Positions 22,428-32,228 are shown, numbered from the stretch's first letter. The stretch: DNA of 64,000 nt from an uncultured Acidobacteriota bacterium (GCA_963836075.1 CAWIIB010000009.1:544001-608000); one strand, 5' to 3'. Program-made: numbers and translations. Notes: generated by a model from the sequence alone, not told the origin.

Positions 22428-23650
22428 GCGCGCAGACCGGACAGACCACACCGCTGGTGCCGGCGCCGAGGGAGAGCAAGCGGCTGTTTGCCGCTGCGCT
22501 GCTCCTCGTGGCGCTCGGCGCGCTGCTCAGCGCCGCGGCGTATTATTCCGGTGATGCCGGCCGGGTCCGCTTCGGCTTCGCCTACCTCTGGGGTTTTACC
22601 TTTGTCTGGAGCGTCGCCCTGGGCAGCCTCTTCTTCGTCGCCCTGCACCACCTGACCCACGCCGTCTGGTCGGTGGTGGTTCGCCGGGTGGCCGAATTGC
22701 TGGCCGCCCCGATGTGGCTTATCGGGCTGCTCTTCGTCCCCATACTGCTCTTTGCCCTGTGGAACGACCAGTTCCACCTCTTCCCCTGGCTCGACGCGGC
22801 GGCCGTGGAACACGACCACCTGCTGCAGGGCAAGGCGCCCTATCTCAACTTCACCTTCTGGACCATTCGCGCGGCGGCCTTCTTCGCGCTCTGGATCGGC
22901 TTCAGCCGTTTCTTCGTCGGCCGCTCGCTGGCCCAGGACCGCGGTGAGGGGGGCGAACAGTCCACGGCAAAGATGCGTAAATTTGCCGCACCGTTCATGC
23001 TGCTCTTTGCCGCCAGCTCGACCTTTGCCGGCATCGACTGGCTGATGAGCCTCGAACCCCACTGGTTCAGCACCATTTTCGGGGTCTACCTCTTCGGCGG
23101 CATGGTGCTCGCCTCGCTGGCCGCCATCACCATCATCACCATCTGGCTGGTGAAGAGCGGCCGCCTCGGCCAGGGGCTGATCACCCGGCACCACATCTAC
23201 AATCTCGGCACCCTGCAGTTCGTCTTTGCCTGTTTCTGGGCCTACATCGCTTTCAGCCAGTACATGCTGATCTGGTACGCCAACATGCCCGAGGAGACCT
23301 TCTACCTGGCCCACCGGATGCACGGCGGCTGGCTGGGGGTGAGCGCGGCCCTGGCCCTGGTCCGTTTCGTCATCCCCTTCCTCGCCCTGCTCTCCCAGCG
23401 GGCGAAGATGAACACGAGGATCCTGCTCTGGGTCTCCGCCCTGATGCTGGTCGGCCAGCTGCTCGACCTCTACTGGCTGATCATGCCCCAGGTTCACCAG
23501 GCCGGCCCCGCACTGGGCTGGCAGGAGCTCGGCCCGTTGCTGATGCTCTCGGGAATAGTCGGCCTCTTCATCGCCCGGTTCATCAAACGGCACTCTCCGC
23601 TGGCGGTGGGCGACCCGCTGCTCGAGGAGTCCCTGCATTTTCACCTCTAG
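22424..23650 (+). CDS. actF: Alternative complex III subunit F
   Basis: DWLMSLEPHWFSTIFG, FWAYIAFSQYMLIWYANMPEE. Confidence 0.92.
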   Translation: MSAQTGQTTPLVPAPRESKRLFAAALLLVALGALLSAAAYYSGDAGRVRFGFAYLWGFTFVWSVALGSLFFVALHHLTHAVWSVVVRRVAELLAAPMWLIGLLFVPILLFALWNDQFHLFPWLDAAAVEHDHLLQGKAPYLNFTFWTIRAAAFFALWIGFSRFFVGRSLAQDRGEGGEQSTAKMRKFAAPFMLLFAASSTFAGIDWLMSLEPHWFSTIFGVYLFGGMVLASLAAITIITIWLVKSGRLGQGLITRHHIYNLGTLQFVFACFWAYIAFSQYMLIWYANMPEETFYLAHRMHGGWLGVSAALALVRFVIPFLALLSQRAKMNTRILLWVSALMLVGQLLDLYWLIMPQVHQAGPALGWQELGPLLMLSGIVGLFIARFIKRHSPLAVGDPLLEESLHFHL

Positions 23651-23661
23651 AGGTGGGGGAA

Positions 23662-24510
23662 ATGAACGTGATGCAAAAGGCATTCATACTGATCTTGATC
23701 CTGGTCCTGCCGTGGACCGTCCAGGCACAGGCCCTCAAGGGCCAGGCGCCCCACGCCCCTGGTCAGGAAATCAACCCGCGGGTGGGGATCGAAGAACACC
23801 TCGACACCTCCCTCGCGCTGGACGACCTGCATTTCACCGACGAGGACGGCAACCCGGTGGTATTGAAGGACCTCTTCGGCAAGCCGGTGATCCTGACCAT
23901 GGTCTACTTCAGCTGCCCCGGCATCTGCACCCCGCTGCTCAACGAGCTCTCCCGGGTGGTGCAGCAGTCGCGGATGGTCCCGGGAAAGGACTTCCGCATG
24001 GTGACCATCAGTTTCGACCCCGACGAGGGTCACGAACTGGCCCGGCTGAAGCGGACCAACATGATCGCCGCCATGGAGAAGAACAAGCCAGCGCCCGAGG
24101 ACTGGCGCTTCCTGGTGGGCGACGAGGAAAACATCCGCAAGATCACCGATGCGCTTGGCTTCCGCTACGTACGAGACAAGAACGGCATCGACTTCGTCCA
24201 CGCCGCCTCGGTGATGTTTCTCTCCCCCGAGGGAAAGATCGTCCGTTACCTGAACACCACACGCTTCAACCCGGCCGACCTGGAGATGGCGGTGATCGAC
24301 GCCGCCGAGGGCCGCTCGCGGTCCTTCATGCAGAAGGTGGAGCGCCTCTGTTATGCTTATGATCCTGAAGGACAGGCCTACGTGCTGAAGATCAACCGGA
24401 TTATCCTCGGCATCACTCTGGTCTTCGTCCTGCTCTTTGTCGGGTTCCTGGTGCTCAGGAAACCTGCGGCCCGGCGTCCTCCACGGGTGAGCAAGGGAGC
24501 CGCGTCATGA
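23662..24510 (+). CDS. SCO family copper chaperone
   Basis: YFSCPGICTPLLN, ISFDP, FVHAAS. Confidence 0.9.
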   Translation: MNVMQKAFILILILVLPWTVQAQALKGQAPHAPGQEINPRVGIEEHLDTSLALDDLHFTDEDGNPVVLKDLFGKPVILTMVYFSCPGICTPLLNELSRVVQQSRMVPGKDFRMVTISFDPDEGHELARLKRTNMIAAMEKNKPAPEDWRFLVGDEENIRKITDALGFRYVRDKNGIDFVHAASVMFLSPEGKIVRYLNTTRFNPADLEMAVIDAAEGRSRSFMQKVERLCYAYDPEGQAYVLKINRIILGITLVFVLLFVGFLVLRKPAARRPPRVSKGAAS

Positions 24511-26126
24511 CCACTACCACTAACGTTGCCGCGGCCGCAGCCGCTCCGAACTACCTCACCGCCAAAAAGGGGATCTGGTCCTGGCTGAGCACCACCGACC
24601 ACAAACGGATCGGTCTGCTCTACCTCTACAGCACGCTGACCTTCTTCGTCTTCGCCGCCGTGCTGGCCTTCCTCTTCCGCCTCGAGCTCTTCTCCCCCGG
24701 AGTGCAGTATTTCGGCAGCGACATCTACAACCGGCTGATCACGCTCCACGGGATCTCGATGATTTTCCTCTTCATCATCCCCGGCATCCCGGCCGTGTTC
24801 GGCAACTTCTTCCTGCCGATCCTCATCGGGGCCGAGGACGTCAGCTTCCCGCGGATCAACCTGCTTTCCTGGTACTGCTTCATCGCCGGGGCGCTGCTGG
24901 CGCTGGTCTCGGTGATCCTCGGCGGGGTGGACACCGGCTGGACCTTCTACGTGCCCTACAGCCTGCGCACCGAACAGAACATCTTCGTCCCGATGATGGC
25001 CGCCTTCATCCTCGGCTGGTCGTCGATCCTCACCGGCCTCAACTTCGTCACCACCGTGCACCGGCTGCGCGACGCGCGGATGAAGTGGTTCAGGATGCCG
25101 CTCTTCGTCTGGTCACTTTACGCCACCGGGTGGGTGCAGCTGCTGGCCACGCCGGTGGTGGGGATCACCCTGGTGATGGTGATGCTGGAGAAGTTCGTCG
25201 GGGTGGCGATCTTCGACCCCACCCGCGGCGGCGACCCGATCCTCTACGAGCACCTCTTCTGGATCTACTCGCACCCCGCGGTCTACATCATGATTCTGCC
25301 GGCGATGGGGATCGTCTCGGAGATCATCCCCACCTTCTCGCGCAAGACCATTTTCGGCTACAAGTTCATCGCCTACTCCTCGATGGCCATCGCCGGAATC
25401 GGATCGCTGGTCTGGGCCCACCACATGTTCACCTCGGGGATGGCCGACGTGGCGCGGGTGATCTTCTCCTTCCTCACCTTCTTCGTCGCCATACCCAGTG
25501 CGGTGAAGGTCTTCAACTGGCTGGCCACGATGTACAAGGGCTCGATCAAGCTCGAGCCGCCGATGGTCTGGGCGCTGATGTTCATCGTCCTCTTCACCAT
25601 CGGCGGTCTGACCGGCCTTTACAACGGCATGCTCTCCATCGACATCCACATCCACGACACCTCGTTCGTGGTGGCCCACTTCCACTACACCATGTTCGGC
25701 GGCACTGTGATGATCTTCTACGCCGCCCTGCTCTACTGGTGGCCCAAGATGTTCGGCCGGATGTACAATAAAAAGCTGGCCAACTTCCTTGCCGGCACCG
25801 TGTTCATCGGCTTCAACCTGACCTATTTCCCGCTGTTCATGGCCGGGATTGCCGGGATGCCGCGGCGCTACGCCGACTACCTGCCGCGCTACGAGATCTA
25901 CCACCGGCTCTCCACCATCGGCTCATGGATCATGATCAGCTCCCTGTTCATTCTGCTGATCCACCTGATCTGGGTCTCGAAGCGGGGGAAGAAGGCACCG
26001 GACAGCCCCTGGGGCGGGGCGACCCTGGAGTGGAGAACGGCCACGCCGCCGCCGACGCTCAATTTCACCGGCGAGCCGGACCTCAGCCGCTGGGCCTACG
26101 AGTACCCCGAAGAGGTGGAGCGATGA
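24507..26126 (+). CDS. coxA: Cytochrome c oxidase subunit I (A2 type)
   Basis: TTDHKRIG, GGDPILYEHLFWIYSHPAVY (YS motif), VWAHHMF, VVAHFHY. Confidence 0.96.
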   Translation: MTTTTNVAAAAAAPNYLTAKKGIWSWLSTTDHKRIGLLYLYSTLTFFVFAAVLAFLFRLELFSPGVQYFGSDIYNRLITLHGISMIFLFIIPGIPAVFGNFFLPILIGAEDVSFPRINLLSWYCFIAGALLALVSVILGGVDTGWTFYVPYSLRTEQNIFVPMMAAFILGWSSILTGLNFVTTVHRLRDARMKWFRMPLFVWSLYATGWVQLLATPVVGITLVMVMLEKFVGVAIFDPTRGGDPILYEHLFWIYSHPAVYIMILPAMGIVSEIIPTFSRKTIFGYKFIAYSSMAIAGIGSLVWAHHMFTSGMADVARVIFSFLTFFVAIPSAVKVFNWLATMYKGSIKLEPPMVWALMFIVLFTIGGLTGLYNGMLSIDIHIHDTSFVVAHFHYTMFGGTVMIFYAALLYWWPKMFGRMYNKKLANFLAGTVFIGFNLTYFPLFMAGIAGMPRRYADYLPRYEIYHRLSTIGSWIMISSLFILLIHLIWVSKRGKKAPDSPWGGATLEWRTATPPPTLNFTGEPDLSRWAYEYPEEVER

Positions 26127-26749
26127 GCCAGGGGACGGCAGCCGCCCAGCAGCATCACGAGCACTACGACCCGGAGGCGAACAGGATCGGGATGTGGCTT
26201 TTCCTCTTCACCGAGGTGCTGCTCTTCGGCGCCCTGTTCATCGCCTACGCCATGTATCTCACCCTGCACCGCTGGGATTTCATGGTCGGGTCGGCCCAGC
26301 TGGACAAGCTGATGGGTGCGGCGAACACGGTGATCCTGCTCACCAGCAGCCTGACCATGGCGCTGTCCATCGGCGCCCTGGAGCGGGGCAAAAAGATGCT
26401 GTCGCTGGTGCTGCTGGGGGTGACGCTGCTCTTCTCCTTCGGCTTCCTCGGCATCAAGTCGGTGGAGTGGAGCCACAAGTATCACCACGGCATCTGGCCC
26501 CAATCGGAAAACCTGGCCACGTTCCCCCAGGGCGAACAGGTCTTTTACGGGCTCTATTTCACCATGACCGGGCTGCACGCCCTGCACGTGATCATCGGCG
26601 CGGTGGCGATCCTCGTTGTTATGGCGCTGGTGGCCCGGGGGAAGGTGCACCAGGGGCGCCCCGACCTGTTGGTGAATACCGGGCTCTACTGGCACCTGGT
26701 GGATCTGGTCTGGATTTTCCTCTTTCCGTTGTTCTATCTTATCCATTGA
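26123..26749 (+). CDS. coxC: Cytochrome c oxidase subunit III
   Basis: GMWLFLFTEVLLFG, TGLHALHV, YWHLVDLVW; ATGA overlap with subunit I. Confidence 0.93.
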   Translation: MSQGTAAAQQHHEHYDPEANRIGMWLFLFTEVLLFGALFIAYAMYLTLHRWDFMVGSAQLDKLMGAANTVILLTSSLTMALSIGALERGKKMLSLVLLGVTLLFSFGFLGIKSVEWSHKYHHGIWPQSENLATFPQGEQVFYGLYFTMTGLHALHVIIGAVAILVVMALVARGKVHQGRPDLLVNTGLYWHLVDLVWIFLFPLFYLIH

Positions 26750-26758
26750 GGTTCAAGC

Positions 26759-27046
26759 ATGAGCGACCATACAGACCATCAGATCGTGCCCTACCGGGTC
26801 TACCTCATCGTCTGGCTGGGCCTGCTGGCCCTGACCGTGGTCACGGTGGCCGTCTCCTATGTCGACATGCGCAACGTGGCGGTCCTCACCGCGGTGCTCA
26901 TCGCCACGGTGAAGAGCTCGCTGGTACTGCTTTACTTCATGGAAATCAGGTTCGGCAAGCCCCTCTACGCGATCATGATTCTCGCGGTGCTGGGGACCTA
27001 CGCCATTTTCATCGGATTGACATTTGCAGACTATGGATACCGTTAA
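26759..27046 (+). CDS. coxD: Cytochrome c oxidase subunit IV
   Basis: YLIVWLGLLALTVVTV, IATVKSSLVLLYFM. Confidence 0.88.
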   Translation: MSDHTDHQIVPYRVYLIVWLGLLALTVVTVAVSYVDMRNVAVLTAVLIATVKSSLVLLYFMEIRFGKPLYAIMILAVLGTYAIFIGLTFADYGYR

Positions 27047-28214
27047 TCAGTTCACTCAGCCGCTCTCGGACATCACCCGCGAGGTGGACCTGGCCTTCAA
27101 CATGATGGGCTGGATCTCGCTCTTCCTGCTGCTGGGCATCACCCTGGCCATGGTCTGGTTCGTGTTCCGCTACAGCCGCGGCCGGGCAAAAACAACCACC
27201 CAGATCGAGGGCCATTTCTGGCTCGAGGTGACCTGGATCGTCCTGCCGGTGATCCTGGTCACCTGGATGTTCTGGGTCGGCTACAAAGGGTTCCTGCTCA
27301 TCCGGGAGGTCCCGGAAGGAGCGATGGTGGTCAAGGTCACCGGCCAGCAGTGGTCCTGGTCCTTCTACTACCCCGAGGAAGGGATCAGTACCACCGAAAT
27401 GGTGGTCCCGGTGAACACGCCGGTGAAGGCCGAGATCACCGCACCGCCCGACGACGTGCTGCACAGCTTCTTCATCCCCGACTTCCGGGTCAAGGAGGAC
27501 GCGGTGCCGGGCAAGGAGACCTACCTCTGGTTCGAGTCGAACCGGGTGGGAGACTTCAACATCTTCTGCGCCGAATACTGCGGCAAGGACCACTCCCGGA
27601 TGATCTCCATGCTCCACGTGGTCTCGGAAGAGGACTACCGCAAGTGGATCAAGGCCCAGGAGGCGAAGAAGTACAAACCGCTGGAATACGAGGGGCTGGT
27701 GAATGCGGACCACCCGGCCTTCGGTCCCGACGACCTGAACATCGACGCCGCGGCGCTCTACCGCAACTACTGCGCCTCGTGCCACGGGGCGGCTGGTGAC
27801 GGTTCGGGCCTGCCCGGGGTGGCGCGGGATTTCAACGACCTGCCCAAGTGGAAGAAGAGCAGCAAGGTCACCGACATCTTCCGCACCCTCACCGAGGGGA
27901 TTCCGGGAACCCAGATGCGGGCCTTTCCCAACTTCGCGCCCTGGGAGAAAGTGGGCCTGGCCCACCAGGTGCGCTCCTTCATCCGCGAGGGCGCCGAGCC
28001 GATCACCGAAGAGGACTACGCCGCCCTGGTGGAGCAGTACGAGCTGGACAAGATGCAGGGCCCGCGGGAGACCATCCCGGTGGACCGGGCCATGGAGCTG
28101 CTCACCCAGGAAGCCGCGACAAGGTCAGCTGCGCCCGCAGAAGAACCCCGACCTGAAGAGCCGCCGGTGACGGAAGAACTCGCACCACCGCACTCGGACG
28201 AACCGAATCCATAA
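27033..28214 (+). CDS. coxB: Cytochrome c oxidase subunit II with fused C-terminal cytochrome c
   Basis: LEVTW, QQWSWSFYY, DVLHSF, CuA motif CAEYCGKDHSRM, CASCH. Confidence 0.94.
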   Translation: MDTVNQFTQPLSDITREVDLAFNMMGWISLFLLLGITLAMVWFVFRYSRGRAKTTTQIEGHFWLEVTWIVLPVILVTWMFWVGYKGFLLIREVPEGAMVVKVTGQQWSWSFYYPEEGISTTEMVVPVNTPVKAEITAPPDDVLHSFFIPDFRVKEDAVPGKETYLWFESNRVGDFNIFCAEYCGKDHSRMISMLHVVSEEDYRKWIKAQEAKKYKPLEYEGLVNADHPAFGPDDLNIDAAALYRNYCASCHGAAGDGSGLPGVARDFNDLPKWKKSSKVTDIFRTLTEGIPGTQMRAFPNFAPWEKVGLAHQVRSFIREGAEPITEEDYAALVEQYELDKMQGPRETIPVDRAMELLTQEAATRSAAPAEEPRPEEPPVTEELAPPHSDEPNP

Positions 28215-28412
28215 GCCAGGTCCTTATCGTGCCATTGACGCACCGCTTACAGGTGTGTTCGCAGTCCGTTGTGTACAGTCTGGGGCGACCATGGTCATTT
28301 TTGACTGACATTTCCAGCAAAATACTTTCTTTCCAAGCAAGTAGACCGGTGGCGATACTCCTAATTCATCATCATCCATTTTGTTACTACCTCTTAGCAC
28401 GAACTGAGAACC

Positions 28413-29729
28413 CTACAGCTCATCCAGCGGGCTGCGTGCGTCCGGTGCCATCGCCTGCAATACATGGGTGTAGAGCATGGTTGTTTCCACGCTTTTGTGC
28501 CCGAGCAGATCTTGCACCCGACGGATGTCCGTGCCCTTCATCAGAAGCGCCGTGGCAAAGCTGTGTCTCAATGAATGACAACCAGCCGGCTTGGCAATCC
28601 CCGACCGCCGCACCGCCTCCTTCATCGCCCTCTGCACCGTTGCAGTGGCCATATGCCAACGCCGAATCACGCCATCATCACCCACGTTCAGCTTGGCCGA
28701 TGGGAACACAAACTGCCAGCCCCATTCACGCCCCGCATTGGCGTATTTCCGCTTTAGGGCATCCGGCAACGGCGCCTCACCGGCACCAGCCGCCAAGTCA
28801 CGCACGTGCAGGTCCTTCACCTTGGCCAGGTGGTCCTTCAGGCCCTGAACCAACCGCTCCGGTAAAAAGGTAACACGGTCTTTGTCCCCCTTGCTCACCC
28901 GCACCATAATCGATCCGGATGCGAAGTCGATTTCCTTCACCCGTAACTGCACCAGTTCGCTCACCCGCAACCCGCTGCCATAAACCAACTCGAGCATGAG
29001 CCGGTATACCCCCCGAAGTTCATTGAAAACAGCACGCGCCTCTTCCGGCATCAGCACCACCGGCAATCGACGCCCCCGCCGAGCTCGCACTGTTGCGCCC
29101 ATGTCACCCAGATCTTTCATCAGCACATGGCGGAACAAAAACAGCAGTGCATTGAAAGCCTGATTCTGGGTGGATGATGCCACGTTGCGCTGAACAGCTA
29201 GATAGCTGAGATACGACCTCACATCATCCGTTGTCGGTGCAACCCTGGTTGTCCCGTCCACGTAAGCGAGAAATCGCTGAGCCCAACCCAGATAGCTGCG
29301 CTCAGTACGATTTGCATAGCGACGCAACCTCATCAGCTGCCGCATCTCCACCAGCAGCTGCTTTGCGTTCAAGGCCCCAGTATTTCCACATTCACCACCT
29401 ACACCTGATTCCCCGCTCGCCGCACTCGAACCTGTGGAGCTGCCGGAACCATGTACATCAGTTGCCACCCCCGTAACCTGCTGTTTACGATACTGACCAC
29501 AGAAGAGTGCCACCGCATCGGCTGCTTGTCGCAGTTGCCAGCCCTGGGTCCTCCCCTCCCCCAGGTCCTCCAGGAAAACCAGCAACGTGTCCTGCCAGAC
29601 CTCAATCTGCCTGCTTGACTGCAACCGCAGGAACCGCTCCACCCACCCCACGAAAAACTGTATTTTGTGATCGGAAGTCATCCGCTTCTCACGCAGCCAC
29701 ACCGCGTATGCTTCCAACTCGCTGTTCAT
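28413..29729 (-). CDS. intI: Integron integrase with long N-terminal extension
   Basis: ASSTQNQAFNALLFLF, YGSGLRVSE, KGDKDR, IntI-specific insertion LPDALKRKYANAGREWGWQFVFPS, HSLRHSFAT, LLGH, TMLYTHV. Confidence 0.96.
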   Translation of the reverse strand: MNSELEAYAVWLREKRMTSDHKIQFFVGWVERFLRLQSSRQIEVWQDTLLVFLEDLGEGRTQGWQLRQAADAVALFCGQYRKQQVTGVATDVHGSGSSTGSSAASGESGVGGECGNTGALNAKQLLVEMRQLMRLRRYANRTERSYLGWAQRFLAYVDGTTRVAPTTDDVRSYLSYLAVQRNVASSTQNQAFNALLFLFRHVLMKDLGDMGATVRARRGRRLPVVLMPEEARAVFNELRGVYRLMLELVYGSGLRVSELVQLRVKEIDFASGSIMVRVSKGDKDRVTFLPERLVQGLKDHLAKVKDLHVRDLAAGAGEAPLPDALKRKYANAGREWGWQFVFPSAKLNVGDDGVIRRWHMATATVQRAMKEAVRRSGIAKPAGCHSLRHSFATALLMKGTDIRRVQDLLGHKSVETTMLYTHVLQAMAPDARSPLDEL

Positions 29730-29948
29730 CCCCACCCAGCCTTCTGTATCAATCTGATTACTTGCAGTTTACACGTATCGCCAAACACAATACCCGACTA
29801 TGCAACCAGTCTAATATCCAGGTAATACCTGCCAATCACGACCCTGCCAACCAACCTGCGAATATCCAGCCTCCTGGATATCAAACTATCCTCCTATCCG
29901 AGTAATGGCCCGGTTATACCAATCTATTGCAGCCACATTGCCGATCTC

Positions 29949-29977
29949 TTGACTATCGGCCCACCCGTGTTTACCAT
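29949..29977 (+). promoter_or_regulatory. Candidate cassette promoter Pc
   Basis: TTGACT-17 bp-TACCAT pointing into the array. Confidence 0.45.
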
Positions 29978-30069
29978 ATGACACAATGACTTGTACTCAT
30001 TCGGGTTCCGACCTTGACCTGCAACACTATGAAAAGAAAGCAATATGCGTGCCCGAATTCCCTTTTTTT

Positions 30070-30098
30070 GTGTATAGTCAGATATAGAATTGTTGAAC
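30070..30098 (+). other. attI site (crossover G/TTGAAC at 30092)
   Basis: GTTGAAC is the exact complement of R'' GTTCAAC of the first attC; no attC hairpin upstream. Confidence 0.6.
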
Positions 30099-30177
30099 TT
30101 AGCCGCTTCGCGGGGAATAAATCTTGCATAGACAGATAGTTGCGTTGATCGTGGTCCCATACCTACCGTGGTGATAT

Positions 30178-31338
30178 ATGGAAGGCAGGATTCAAGCGAT
30201 ATTCCGTCAGCACTTCGATGCGTATGCCTCGGAACATCGTCTTCCCCTACATGCCCATAAAGCCGCCCGTTCAATCATCAGCTGCCGCACCGAAGCGATG
30301 GGCGGGCACGTGATGCGCTGCCCCGCCGGCCACCTCGAGAAGATCTCATACAACTCCTGCAAGCACCGTTCCTGCCCCCAGTGCTCGAGCCTGCCCGCGG
30401 AACGCTGGCTCGAGAACCAGAAGGCGCAGTTGCTGGCCACCAATCACTTCCACGTGATCTTCACCATGCCCGATGGTCTGAACGACCTCTGGCGATGGAA
30501 CAGGAAGTTGATGGCCGACCTGCTGTTCAAGGCTTCCCGCGACACCCTCTTCGAGCTGCTCGGCGATGAACGCTATCTCGGCGCAAAGCCGGGTCTGATG
30601 AGTTCCCTCCACACCTGGGGCCGAACACTGGTCCTGCACCCGCACCTGCACTGCCTGGTCACTGGTGGCGGTCTGGATGACGAAGGCAACTGGCGACAAG
30701 CCAGGCAGGGCTACCTTCTCCCAGCCCGCCTGGTGAGCGCCCTTTACAAGGGCAAGATGATCGCCTTCATCAGCAAGACGTTCAACGAGGGTAAGCTCCG
30801 GCTACCCGCCGGATCACGGCCCAAGGACCTGTTCCGCCTGCTGGCCCGGCTCAAGAAGAAGAAGTGGAACGTCCGCCTGCAGAGTAAATACGCACACGGC
30901 AACGGCGTGACCACCTATCTCGCCCGATACGTCAAGGGCGGCCCGATCTCCAACCGTCGCGTGATCCGTGTCGATGGACACCACGTGTGGTTCCGCTACA
31001 CGGACCACCGCGACGGCCGCAACAAGACGATGAAGCTCACGCATCGCGAGTTCTTTAATCGGCTTCTGCAGCACGTACCTGTCCCCTACAGCCACACCGT
31101 GAGGTATTACGGGCTTTACCACTCGCACAACATCGATTCACTGAATCGCTGTCGATCGATTATGGGCCAGGCACCGGTGGAAAAACCGGAGCTGATGGAC
31201 TGGTCAGCCTACTGTGAGAAGATCGGTTTGGCCGACCAGGTGACGTGCCCGGTCTGCGGACGGCGGATCATCTACGCCGGCCCCTTGAAACGAGGCAAAC
31301 CACCGCCGGAGGGAGAGCGCTATGACCAAGCAGCGTAA
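30178..31338 (+). CDS. IS91-family (Y2 HUH rolling-circle) transposase, cassette 1
   Basis: Zn-binding YNSCKHRSCPQC, HFHVIFT, LHTWG, HUH motif HPHLHCLVTGGG, YLARY, VRYYG. Confidence 0.92.
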   Translation: MEGRIQAIFRQHFDAYASEHRLPLHAHKAARSIISCRTEAMGGHVMRCPAGHLEKISYNSCKHRSCPQCSSLPAERWLENQKAQLLATNHFHVIFTMPDGLNDLWRWNRKLMADLLFKASRDTLFELLGDERYLGAKPGLMSSLHTWGRTLVLHPHLHCLVTGGGLDDEGNWRQARQGYLLPARLVSALYKGKMIAFISKTFNEGKLRLPAGSRPKDLFRLLARLKKKKWNVRLQSKYAHGNGVTTYLARYVKGGPISNRRVIRVDGHHVWFRYTDHRDGRNKTMKLTHREFFNRLLQHVPVPYSHTVRYYGLYHSHNIDSLNRCRSIMGQAPVEKPELMDWSAYCEKIGLADQVTCPVCGRRIIYAGPLKRGKPPPEGERYDQAA

Positions 31339-31557
31339 TCACAACCTCTTCTCTGCAGCCTCATTCAACCAGGGGGAAGTGCGTCCACGGGCAACAGCCT
31401 CGATCAGATGGTGTATACCTCAGTTTCCAAAGTGTTTAGGCCGGTTAACAGTAGTTGCATTTTACGTTTTCGGAATAGACGATCGCATACGACCAGATTC
31501 ATTACTCGATGGGTGTGTGAAGAGGTGAAAACTCCATAAGGTCGAATAAAGGGGCCT

Positions 31558-31654
31558 GTTCAACCAGTAGATTGAGTTGACCGCCGACCTGTCACGTCAA
31601 TTGCGGGGCAACTGTCGCGCCAGGACGGCTCGCAACTCATCTAAGACGTTCTGC
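31558..31654 (+). repeat. attC1 (singleton type)
   Basis: GTTCAAC...TGAGTTG...CAACTCA...GTTCTGC. Confidence 0.8.
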
Positions 31655-31673
31655 GAAAGATCGAAGGTAAGCA

Positions 31674-32105
31674 ATGTCGTTAAAGGCCAATAAATTGCTC
31701 GTACGACGCTTATATGAAGAAGCATTCAACACCGGAAATGTTGAATTGATCGAGAGCCTTGTCTCTCCCGAATACACAGAAGTTCATGATGGGAAAAGGC
31801 ATGTCATTGGCATAGAGGGCGCTAAAGCACACGCGGTTGGTGTTCGTCAGACTTATCCGGATCTTCATATCTCAATCGAACAACAAATTGCTGAAGGCGA
31901 GTGGGTCGTCTCCTGTATTACAGCAACAGGAACACATAAAGGTTCCTGGCTGGGTATCAAGCCGACTGGCAAGTCTGTTACTTTCACTGGTGTCAATGTT
32001 GATCGCGTTATAAAAGGAAAGATTGTAGAACATGGTGGTGCTGCCAACATGCTTGGTCCTTTGATGGAGATTGGGGCGATTGAGGGGGTAGGCAACACTG
32101 ATTAA
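31674..32105 (+). CDS. SnoaL-like ester cyclase (cassette)
   Basis: NKLLVRRLYEE, PDLHISIEQQIAEGEWV, GTHKGSWLGIKPTGK. Confidence 0.88.
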   Translation: MSLKANKLLVRRLYEEAFNTGNVELIESLVSPEYTEVHDGKRHVIGIEGAKAHAVGVRQTYPDLHISIEQQIAEGEWVVSCITATGTHKGSWLGIKPTGKSVTFTGVNVDRVIKGKIVEHGGAANMLGPLMEIGAIEGVGNTD

Positions 32106-32112
32106 ATTACTC

Positions 32113-32228
32113 GCAGAACCATCCCATACACCTGTCAGCCAGGTGTCACGGCCCTTGCTGAACAACCGGTCGCTCTCCTGGTGGCAACGGCCGTGCCACC
32201 TGTCTGCAGGTGATGGGTGACGTTAGGC
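32113..32228 (+). repeat. attC family A
   Basis: GCAGAAC...CACCTG...GTCACGGCCCTTGC...GCAACGGCCGTGCC...CAGGTG...GTTAGGC. Confidence 0.9.

Noticed and set aside
5867-27965. Long antisense ORFs (e.g. 5867-7648 +, 11757-13793 -, 19746-21125 -)
   Set aside because: Shadow frames of high-GC genes with no motifs; the opposite strand has clear family signatures.
29900-29932. Alternative attI at CCGGTTATACCAATCTATTG
   Set aside because: GTTATAC does not complement the first R'' (GTTCAAC), whereas GTTGAAC at 30092 does. It may be an accessory or relic IntI site and is not fully excluded.
31322-31528. 68-aa ORF downstream of the IS91-like transposase
   Set aside because: No recognisable motif; more likely the non-coding oriIS-side end of the element.
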